64,000 nt of DNA from Cyanophora paradoxa CCMP329 (lineage: Eukaryota > Plantae > Glaucophyta). The position numbers were made by a program, and so were the translations under genes. The DNA is taken from the NCBI GenBank assembly GCA_004431415.1, contig QPMI01000439.1, positions 62,001 to 126,000 of the forward strand. The letters run 5' to 3'. The notes beneath the pieces were generated by a model. The model saw nothing but the letters and a program-made list of their open reading frames with translations. It was not told the DNA's origin and made no database searches. Numbering within the stretch: position 1 is the first letter of the stretch; every line of letters begins with the position of its first letter. Shown in pieces: positions 37,201 to 47,500 of the stretch.

Positions 37201-38448
37201 TCGTTCCTCTCCCTCTCCATGTCTGCGGGAGTCGTTGGGTGGGTGGGGGGCAAAGGAGGGGGGGTGAAGAAAGGCCGGGGGGGGGGGGGGGTTCCATATG
37301 AAGTGAGTCAAAGAGGGGGGAGAAAGGGGGAAGGGGCGCAAAGAGGGGGGAGAAAGGCGGGGGGAGAAAGGCGGGGGGGGGGGGGGGCGGGGTTCCATAG
37401 GGGGTGACTCAAGGGGAGAGGGAGGGGGCCGGGGGGGCTAGAGTAGTGGGGGGACGAAGAGGGAGGGGGGGGGGCTAGAGTAGTGGGGGGACGATAGGGG
37501 GTAACTCAAGGGGAAAGGGGGAAGGGGGAGGCTTCATAGGGGTGAGTGAAGATAAGAGAGGGGGGGGGGGGAGGGGCGAGGCGGGGAGGTGGGGGGAGGG
37601 GAGAGGGGGAGGGGGGGAGGGGTGGGCCACCGCTGAACTGCGCGGCCGGTCAAAGACAGAAGATCGCGGTTGCGAGAGGAGCGAGGGACGCCCGCGCACG
37701 GTCGAAGAGAAGAAGACGCGGACCGCGCGGCGGGCGGCGGTCGGCCGGGACCCCGCGAGGCGGCCGCGCAGGGCGCGCCGGCGCGCCCCGCCGTCGTCGT
37801 CCGGCGCCTGCGCCTGCCCCGCGACCGGTGCCCTCTCGCGCGCGGCCTTCTCTGCAGCTTCCAGCATCTCTCTGAACTCGGGCCTCTCCTCCCGCCGCGG
37901 GCGCGGCTTCTTCTCCTGCTGCTGTTGCTTGGGGCCGCCCGCAACCGCTGCTGCGGCTGCCGCGGCGCGCGCGCCGTGGCTGGCTCAGTAAGGCGACCGC
38001 CGCCGAGCGCGAGCGCGCACGTACGAATGGGGTGGGCGGCGTCTGCCGCCGCGCCGGGTTTAGAGGAACTCGTGGGGGCCGGCGCCACGGCCGGCCCTGG
38101 TACTGGCCTTGGTGCGCCGGGGCGCGCAGCTGGTTGATATGAGGTGCCCTGCGCCACAGAACGTTAGCTATAGCCTTTAATGGCATGATCAGCTGCAGCG
38201 TGCTGCATGCGCAGCTGCAGCTGGAGCCGCTGGTGCCGCGGCCGCCGGCCGCGGGCGAGCAAATTAAAAGATCTAGAGGCTTGATCGAGCTCGGAGCTCG
38301 CGGATTGCAATTGGCAGCTGCAGCTGCGCATAAGAACGCGCGCGCGCACCTCGGCTGCAGGATCCAGATTCACAATGACCTCTCGCACGGCCACGTTAGC
38401 CTGCAATTGCGAGTTGCGCTGGCGAGACGTAGACTGGCAGCAACCCAT
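28250..38448 (-). CDS. DUF4062-NACHT-WD40 STAND protein (NWD1/NWD2-like) with N-terminal MGCC lipidation motif; 3' end approximate
   Basis: RVFFSST|FS|DMERERNDLLEDVFPFL, VDM|RWGV, DICLLEVARC..S.GPAFVLLGGDKYG, SVTEMEI; Walker A LVGASGCGKSS; RFLGTT; Walker B LILDALDQ; TPLFLRL; GGLSEAELADVLSCDD; WLRCMNKP; WD repeats LKGHAHPIKD..VRVWD and LAGHAQPVTALDF..LVSAARDGSVLVWD. Confidence 0.85.
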
Positions 38449-38874
38449 CTCTAACAGACTGTCAGCCGATCCGCCGATATCGATCCAGCTAGTTTCGCGC
38501 GTCAACAGCCGCCTTCAAGCAGGCGCTTCAAGCAGGCCCAAGCTGCATGCTCCGATCCCCGCTGCAGATGCCGACCGATTCGCCCGCGCCAGCCTGCTGG
38601 TCAAGAGTCAACTTGGCAAGCCTGCAGGTTGCAGCTTCCGATGTCCGGACTCGTCGGTACCCCCCCGGTGGTCAATGCGGCCGCGTTGACGTCGGCGCGC
38701 TGCGCAGCTGATCATAATTAAATATTAGCGAGTTCGACTTCGCGATCGGCCTGCAGCTGCAGCTGGCGCGCGGCGCGCCGGCGGCTTCGAATTCGCTCGA
38801 GAGAGCCAGTGCGCAAACTTCCAGGCGTACAGGCGCACGGCCGTGGACACGTCTGTTAAACAAACTGCGGGCCC

Positions 38875-40839
38875 CTAGGCGAGGAGGTCGGTGCGCTGGA
38901 CGCTGCCGACGATGAACTGCGGGTCGATCGCCGCCCCGTTCACCAGCAGCATGTCCGCCACATCCACGCGTATCCTCCAGAACGCGTATGGCTGTGGGTG
39001 GGGGTACGATGTTGGGGATCTGAGGGGGGGGGGCGGGTGGCATGGGGGTACATACCACGTCGTGCTTGACGAACTGGACGAGATTGATGTACGGGTGGGA
39101 GATCGTCAGCGCGTCCCCGACCTTGATCGCCTCCTGCGGGGCGCAAGGTGTTCAGGGCGGAAGGGGGTACACCGTTCGACTGAAAGGGGGGGGGTACCTT
39201 GGTGACGTTGTAGACGGAGACGGCGACGCAGGACTCGAAGGAATCGGAGCAGACGAAGATCCTGCGGGACGTCACGCGGGGGGTGGGGGGGGGGGTGGAG
39301 GGAAGGGGGGAAAAGGCGGACAGGGGTACGCCGTTGAAGCCCTCAAGGCAAGCAAGGACTTTCACCAGAACGGCCTTGCCCGAGTTGGCCCCAGGCTCGA
39401 GCTCCGTCAGGCTGCTCAGACGGCTCAGATGGAGCTCAGGCCGAGGCCGGGGCGGGCGCACTGAGCGCGGGAGACGCCCCCGGGGAGGGTACCCGGCCCC
39501 GCCTTGTTGATCTGGTCCATCAGGGTACGCAGCTTCCGCTCCTTCAGGTACCCCTGCGCCGGCCCTAAGAAGCGGACGGGAAGAAGGGGAACGGGAGCCG
39601 GGCGGAATCGAACCCGGTTCTTGACGGCCTCGGCCGTCTTCGTCACAGTGTCGAAGATCGCCTCGACCTCTTTATCCGCCCCGAGGGCTGCGCGCCGGGC
39701 CGCTCGAACGAGCAAGGGAGCCAGGGGGGGAAGGAGACGGGGGGGGGGTACCGGGATCGAGCTCGTGGGCGCGCTCGAGGGAGGCCACAGCGGCCTCCCA
39801 GTTCTCGACGTAGCGGTACGCCTGGGAGCGGTTGTAGTGCAGATCGGCGTTCTCGGCGCCCCCCGGGAGCGTCGCGGCCTGCTGGTAGGCCTTGAGCGCC
39901 TTCTGTAGCTCCTCGGCCTCGTGGCTATTGACGAAGAAGTTGCGGAGGTGGCTGTTGCCCAGGTTCTGCCACGAGAGGGAGTCGCCGGGGTCCAACTTGA
40001 TCGCCTCGCGGGCCTTCTGGATGCTCTCCCGCACGTTCGCGCGCTCCTCGGGCGAGCCGCGGCCCATAGTCCGCAGCAGCATCGAAAGGAGGCGGAGGGA
40101 GACTTTGTTGGAGACCTGCGGCCGCGGGAGTAAGATTTGATCCGCGGGGCGCGCGGCGGGGCGGGGCGGGGCGGGGCGGGGCGGGCGAGCGGCCAGCCGG
40201 GCGGCGTGCCTGGGCCATCGCGCCCTGGAAGCAGTTGCGCGCGGAGACGTAGTCCTTCTTCTTCATGTAGCAGTGCCCGAGGCAGTTCCACGCGTCGGTC
40301 AGGGACGGATCCAACTTCACCTGCGAACGCCGCAGGCACCGCCCGCGTCGGCGGCGCGGACAGGCGTGTGCGGCCGCGACCGCGAACCGCTTTCGACAGG
40401 GCATCCTCGGCGTCCTTGTTGTACGTCTCGAACGCCTCGTGCGCCTTGCCTGCCGGCCCCGCGCGGTCAGCCGGAATGCCGCGCGCGTCCGCCTCGGTGC
40501 TACCGCTCGCGAAAGCCATGCGCGCCTTTGAGATACAGGTACCGAGCCTTGTCCTTCGCGCTCGCGTCGTCTGCGCGTTCGGAGTGCCGAGCGCGTTTTA
40601 GCTACGCGGACGCCCAGGCGCGGAGCGACGGGAGACCGACCTCGCTGGGGTCCCAGCTTCTCTAGTGCCTCGTCGACGAGCTCCTGGATCTTCTTGGCGC
40701 TGGGGACGGCGGGGACCGTGAGCACGTTTGAACGAGTTCGCGCCCGGGCCTCGGCGGACCGGTCCCTGCCGTAGTACGCATCCCTGAGCTGGTGTGCTTT
40801 GTCCACCGCCTCCTGCACTGCCGCCCAGCTGTCTCCCAT
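38875..40839 (-). CDS. TTC5: Tetratricopeptide repeat protein 5 (TTC5/STRAP) with C-terminal OB domain
   Basis: MGDSW..VDKAHQLRDAYY; AEDALSKA|VKLDPSLTDAWNCLGHCYMKK; NKVSLRLLSMLLR; SIQKAREAIKLDPGDSLSWQNLGN; NADLHYNRS; C-terminal CVAVSVYN..IKVGDALTI..RVDVADMLLVNG. Confidence 0.9.
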
Positions 40840-41548
40840 TTGATCGCTGCTAGCTCTGTAAGGCCCGCGTTCCGGGGCTGCCCGCCTGAGCGAGCTGTAT
40901 GCAGAGATGCCTCCGAGGACGCGCAAGGAGCTCCCGCGGCGGCGTGTCCGCTTTTTGAAGATGGACTGCCGGGGTACGCAAAGTCGACAATCGCCACTGG
41001 CACACCCTTCGAATTCCCGTCAGCTCCGTGCATCGCGGGATTCGCAATGAAAGCAGCTGAGCGCAGCCGAACGCAGCGAAACACGTCGAAGCGCGCGAGG
41101 ATGGCGTTTTCCGACCCGCTCTCTGCTGCGGTTGGCAGCTGATCCCCGCGTGCGGTTCACTGTGCCGATCGTTTGAAGGCTCCACCGCGCTCGCCCCTCG
41201 CTCCCCCGCAGTTGCAGGTTCAAAGCCGGCTGCGGCCATGGCCAGCTGCGCGGCGGAGTCGATGCCACCTGCGCGCGGTCAAGGTGGCGAGAGCAAGCTT
41301 AAGGTGATACCCGTGGATCGCGCGCGGTGCCACGTGCACGTGCGCGCACGGTGCAGCTGTGGCCTCTAGAAGTCTCCTCTAGATCGTCTCCTCTCTAGCT
41401 CGCTATGCATGTAGATCTCCTCTAGAAGTTCTCTCATAGTCAATTCAATTAGATCTCCTCTAGCTCGATCTAGATCTTGATCCCGACCCCCCCTCGCCGG
41501 AGGGGGCAAACTCTAGGGGAGACTTTTCGAACCGCAGGCGCACGTACG

Positions 41549-44500
41549 ATGCCGCCAGGTGCGCGGGCTTCCTGGCCAGCGCTCATCCGCATCCGCAGCA
41601 GCTGACTGTGCGTGCGCAGCCCCGGCCGAGGGCCCAGGCGCCGGCGGCTCGCCGGGGTCGCTCCTGGAGCCCGCGGCCGTCATTCCGGCTCCGTTTCTGA
41701 AGATCTTCCCTTACAGGACCTTCAATCGCGTCCAGACGCACGTGAGCGGTCGCGGATCTCGCCGGGAGCTCTTGCCGCGCGTCTCGCAGGTTCTCATCGC
41801 ATTCGCTTTTGCAGGCCTTTCCGAGAGTGTTCGAGGGGAATGGCAACGTCGTCCTCAGCGGTGCGCGTGTCATGAGCATGCGCTCGTCCCTTAAGCTTCA
41901 GCCCGTGCCGAAATTTAAAATTCGCAATGAACTGATCCCGCTCCCCGCCGCTCGCAGCGCCCACGGGGGCCGGGAAGACGGTCATCTTCGAGATGGCCAT
42001 CGTCCGCATGCTGACCACGGCTCCCTCCTCCGCTCGGGCGAAGCCGAAAGCGATGTGTGCCCGCGGCCGCCTGTGATCCATGGCCTCCTGCGCTCGCGCT
42101 CTAAGACTCGTTCGCCCCGCGCAGCTACATCGCACCGATGAAAGCTCTGTGCGAGGAGCGGGTGGGCGACTGGCAGCAGAAGTTCGGGCCTCTTGGCGTC
42201 AACTGTACGCGACCGCTCTAGAGCTTCGAACTCGTCAGCGCTTGCTCCGGTCTGACCGCGACCGCCGGTTGCGCAGGCGTGGCGCTCACGGGCGACTCGC
42301 AAAGCGACCAGGGCAGCGACCTTGCGTCGATCCGGTCGGCCAACATCATCTGCACCACGCCGGAGAAGGTGCGCGCGATTTGATCCGTGGCGGAACCCCG
42401 TGCCCGCGCGCGGCCGCGGCCGCGCGCTCGCGCTCACAGGCGCCTCAGTGGGACTCGGTGACGCGCAAGTGGTGCGAGCGTGAGCACCAGAGCTTCGTGC
42501 GCTCCTTCGGGCTCCTCCTCGTCGACGAGATTCACCACGTGACCTCGCCGAACCGCGGGGCCACGCTCGAGGTCGCCGTCACGCGGTGCGCCGAGCAGAT
42601 TTGATCCCTTCACCCCGCAATTTGATCCCGAGGCTCACGTGGGATCTTTTGGTTCGCGCGGCAGAATGAAGACGGTGGCAAAGCACCCGGCAGCCGCGGG
42701 CCACCCCATCGCGTCGCTTCGCATCCTTGGCATTTCGGCCACGTTCAAGGTTCACGGAATTCCCAGCAGACGTCTCGCGAGTCCCTAACCCTTCGTCGTT
42801 CTCAGAACCTGAGCGACGTCGGCGAGTGGCTCGAGTGCCGCCCTGAGAACGTGCTCAAGTGCGGCCCCCCCCTTCTCCCCCACAGTCCCCCGCGCCTCCC
42901 CCCCCTCTCCTCCCCCTCCTCCCCTCCCCTCCTCCCCCTGCCCCTCTGCCACCCCTGCCCGCCCCTCACGTGATCAAGTGCGAGAGCTCGGCCCCCCGCG
43001 CCCTTTCCTTCCCCTCCCCTCCCCACCTCCCCCTCCCCTCGCCCCCTCTCCCCGTCCCCCCCCCCTCTCCCCCCTCCCCCCCCCCCCCCCGCGCCCCTTT
43101 CTGCATCTCCTGACGTGAACCCGACGCCAGGTTCGACGACCCGATGTACCGACCCGTCCGCCTCGAAACGAAGACGCTAGGTCGGATCGGCCCCTTCCTC
43201 CGAGCTCTCTGAGAGCGTTTGCGAGCCCCGCGCGCGCCGTGCAGAGTACCCGATGAGCAACAAGGGCATGTTCCTCTTCGAGCGGACCCTGAACGAAAAG
43301 TCAGCTCAGCCTTCAGTGTCCCTCTAGCTCGCAGCCGCCTTCAAGCTGACGTCGGCGGTGAACGCCGCGCAGAGTCCCGCACCTCATCAGGAGCCACTAC
43401 GAGGGCAAGCCGGCCCTCGTCGTGCGCCTTTCCCGCCCATCTCGTCTCCGGATCCGCGGCCCGCGCAGCTGAGCCGAGCCGCACGCGCGCGCGCGCGCGC
43501 GCCCGGCCCGCCTCAGTTCTGCTCGACGACGAAGGGCGCGGCCGAGTGCGCCCGGGCGATCGCCAAGAGCCAGCTCCTCAAGCTCGTGGTCTCCGACGCC
43601 CAGCGCGAAGCGTGCGCCCGCGCGCGCCGCGCCGCGCGCGCCCAGACCGAGCGGCTCCGACACTGACTTGCCGTCTCGGCCAGGCTGCGGGCGGCGGCGC
43701 AGCAGGCAAAGAGCGCGGAGCTGCGGGAGTGCCTCGTTCGCGGCGTGGCGTTCCATCACGCGCGGCTCGCGTTGGAGGACCGCCGGGCCGTCGAGGATCT
43801 CTTCTCCCGCTCCCACGTCGTGGTGCGTGCGACCGGCTCGAGCTCGTTCGTTTACGTTCCCTCACGGGCGGGCGCAGGTCCTCTGCTCGACCAGCACGCT
43901 GGCGCTGGGCGTCAACTTCCCCGCCCGGCTCGTCATCCTCCGCGGCGCCTCCCAGTACATTACCGGCGGAGGGGGGTACGAGGACATGGACGCGGTCCAG
44001 GCGCGCCCTCTCGACCCCCTCGGCCCCGGCGCTGGCGCCGCCCACGGCCGCGTCCTGAGCCTAGCCCCGGGCTTCGGCAGATGCTCCAGATGTGCGGGCG
44101 GGCGGGCCGCCCCCAGTACGACGACCGGGGCGTGGCGATCATCATGTGCGCGACCGGCGGCAAGGCCCGCATCGAGGGCATCCTCGCCGGCAACATCCTC
44201 TGCGAGTCCCAGTGCGCGACCCTAAGCTTAAGCTCAAGATCCTGGAGACTGATGCTTACCGCCGGGCCGGGCAGGCTCCTGCACGGCAGGGGCGGGCTTG
44301 AGGAGCACCTGAACGCCGAGGTGGCCCTGGCGGGCGCCGGGGGCGGGGGCGTCACGGACCTGGCCATGGCCGTCGAGTGGGTCAAGGGCAGCTACCTCGC
44401 CGTCTGCCTCCGCAGGCGAGCTCTCCTTCCTTCCCCTCCCCCCCGCTCTTGATCTATCTCTCCGTCACTCGACCCCGCGTGCAGGCGCCCGGGGATATAC

Positions 44501-47500
44501 GGCCTCGCCGCCGGCGCCGACGTCACGTCCCACCTCCACGGCGCGTTGAATTTAGTAAAAACGGCTCTATTATGAAGCCTTAAGACCTTTCTTCCCTTCT
44601 AGATGTACTAGACCAATAGAGCTCTTCGGCCCTTTATTAATCCTGAACTTTGCTGCGGGCTGCAGGGATCTGCAAGAAGGCGGTGGAGACCCTGCGCGAC
44701 CGGGGGTGCGTGCGCGCGGACGACGACGGCTTCGGCCTCACCACGACGCCCCTCGGCTCGACCATGTCCCGCTTCTACACCCGCCTGGCCACCATCGAGG
44801 CCCGCCCCCGCTCCGCTCTGCTCCGCCTCGCCGCTCCTCGCGACTGATTATCGATCAGGCCTTCTCCGCGGCGCCGCCGGGGGCCGACATGCGGACGTGC
44901 CTCCAGACGCTCTGCTCGGCGGCCGAGTTCGGGGACTGGAAGCCCCGCCAGGAGGACAAGGCGGCGCTGAACGAGCTCAACGCGCGCCTCCCGCCCGCGT
45001 TCGCGCTCAAGGGCAAGTTCAAGGAGCCGCGGGACAAGGCCTACGCGCTCCTCCTGGTGCGGGGGCCGGCCCTCCCGCTTTCTAAGCCTAGTCTTAGCCT
45101 AGTCTGCTAGTCCTCCCGGTCGGTTTTCGTTTGACGCCGGCGGGCCGGGCAGGCGGAGCTCTTTGGCGAGGAGATCCGCGAGTGGGGCCTGCGGAGCGAC
45201 GCCGGCAGCATCCGCACCGCCGCGCTGCGCGTCGCGCGCTGCATGGTCGAGGCGCGCGCGCCGCTCGGACCTCCTGTTTACCCGCCCGCCAGCCCGCCCG
45301 CCCCTTTCTTGACCGCTTCCTCCTTTTCCCAGGTCTTCCAGGTCCTCGAGAAGGGCCTCGCCTGCGCGAATGCCGTCGTACTGTGCGCCCGCCCCGCCCT
45401 TTAGCGCCGCAGATTCGATCGTGGCGCAGCGGGGCGTGCCTGGAGCGGCGGCTGTGGCAGAACTCGGAGCGCGGGCTGGCGCAGCTCGGGCGGCTCCCGC
45501 CGGGCGCCGGCCCCGCGGAGCTCAAGCTCGCCGGCTTCGCGAGCGTACGGGAGCTTCGCGAGGCCGCCGCCGCCGCCGCGGCGGAGGGGCCCGAGGCCCT
45601 CGAGGTCCTCGCCCAGCGCCTCAAGGTCGACGCGGCCCTCGCCGGGCGCGTCTTGGCGGCCCTCCCGCCCATGCCCGCCGTCCACGCCTGGGAGGGGGTA
45701 CGCGAATCTGCTCTCCACTCCAAAGGCCGCGCCCCCTCCGCCCCCTCCGACTCCGACGCCGCGCAGCACGTGGGGGACGCGCCGGTGCTGGAGATCCACC
45801 TGGAGGGGGGGCTCGATTGCGGCGGCCCGCACGCGGGGCGCCCGGCCCACTCCCTCCGCCTCCTCGTCTGCGACAAGGCCGGCGGCCTGCTCTACGCCAC
45901 GCGCTTCCCGTGCGAACTTCGCTGAAACTTCGCTGAAATTTCGATGAAACTTCTGAAGTCTAAAGCGCGTCGCGGCGCAGCTCCTCGTCGCTGGCGGGAG
46001 AGCAGACGCGGCGCGTGCCCCTCGCGGACAGGACCCTCCCTACCCCCGAGCTCTTCGTCGTGCTCGTGTCGGAGGATTACGGTACCCCTCCCCAGATCGC
46101 CCCCCCCCGGCCTCCCGTACCCCCTTCGCGAACCGCCCCCGCAGTCGACGTGGATGACCTGAAGTCGGTCTTGGTGCCATCCGCCCGCATCGCCGGACCC
46201 GCTTCCTCAGGCCCTGCGGAAGCCTCTGCGGCCGCCGCGCCGGCCGCCGCCGCGCCCAAAAAGAAGAAAGCGGCGTCCAAGCGGGCGGCGCCGACCCCGG
46301 CGGAGCCTTCGGCCCCCGGCCCCGCTCCGGCTTCCGCCCCTGTACCCGCACCCTCTTCCGCTCCCGCCCCCGCCCCTGTCCCGCAGCCGCAGCGCTTCTC
46401 CGCACCACACCCGCCGCGCTCATCCGCCGCGCACCCGCCGCGCCCCTCCGCCCCGCACCCGCCTCCGGTCGAGCATGCGCAGCAGCCGGCGCGGGCTTCT
46501 GCTTCCTTCAGCGCGCCGCGGCCGGCGCAGCCGCCGGCGCCGCAGCCGCCGCAGGAACCCATCGACGTTGACCTGACGGACGTCGGGGCGGATGGTGCGC
46601 CCGTCGCTTTTCAACTGGACCCGCCCAGCACTTGACGCGTTCGTGCGCCGCGCAGCCGCCGAGGGCGCGGGAGAAGTCGACCCGTGGGAGGGCGGCTGGG
46701 ACGCGGACTTCGACCCGCCGTCGGCAGGCGCCGACGGCGCCAGCGCCGCCACTGCTTCGCATTACTTCTCCGCTGCGCCGCCGGCGCCGCCGCCGCCGCC
46801 GCCGCCTGCCGCCTCTGCTCCGGCGGCCCCCGCCCCGAGCTCCTCCTCCTTCGCCCCTGCGCCGGCGCCGGCGCCGGCGCCCGCCGCGCCGCGCCCCCGG
46901 GCCTCCGCTCCGAAGACGGGCGGCGCCGGACAGGCCAGCGGCGTCGCGCCGGCGTCTACGTCGACGTCCGCCGGCAAGGCTGGCAAGGTGGCGGCGGCGC
47001 CGGCTGCGGCGGCGCGGGGCCCGATGGACGCGTTCGTGAAGCCCGTCACGACCGACGAGCTGGCGGCAGCCGCCGGCGAGCGTGCGCCGCTGCCCCGGGC
47101 CCGGCCAGCCGCAGCGCCGCCTGACGCGCGTCCCTCGCCAGAAGAGCGCCGCTGGGCGGAGAAGGAGCGGGCGGACCGCGAGCGCGCCCAGCAGGAGGCC
47201 GCCGCCCGCGCTGCCGCTGCTGCCGCCGCGGCTCCGCCGCAGCCGGCCCCCTGGCGCGCCCGCGCCGCGCCCGGCGGGCGTTGGACCGCCGTCGCCGGCC
47301 CCGCTGGCCGCGGTGGGGCCCCGCCGCCGCTTCGAGTCTCGCCGCCTCGACGTCCGCCGGCCCCGGCCCCTTCGGGCCCGACTGGGACGCCTACCGGTTT
47401 TCCAGGGCGGCGGCGGCGCCGCCGCCCGCGTCGTACCCCGCCGCTGCTGCGCCCGCGGCTCTGGCGCCGGCGTGGACGCCGGGGCCGGCGCCGGCGTGGA

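Noticed and set aside
28250-38448. TEP1 (telomerase/vault protein), or separate NACHT and WD40 genes
   Set aside because: No TROVE domain was seen. The post-NACHT QQxAN...WLxxxNKP linker leads toward WD repeats on the same strand, favouring one NWD-like gene.
41205-41240. tRNA T-arm-like GCAGGTTCAAAGCCGGCTGCGGCCA
   Set aside because: No complementary 5' acceptor strand, D arm or anticodon arm at the expected distance.
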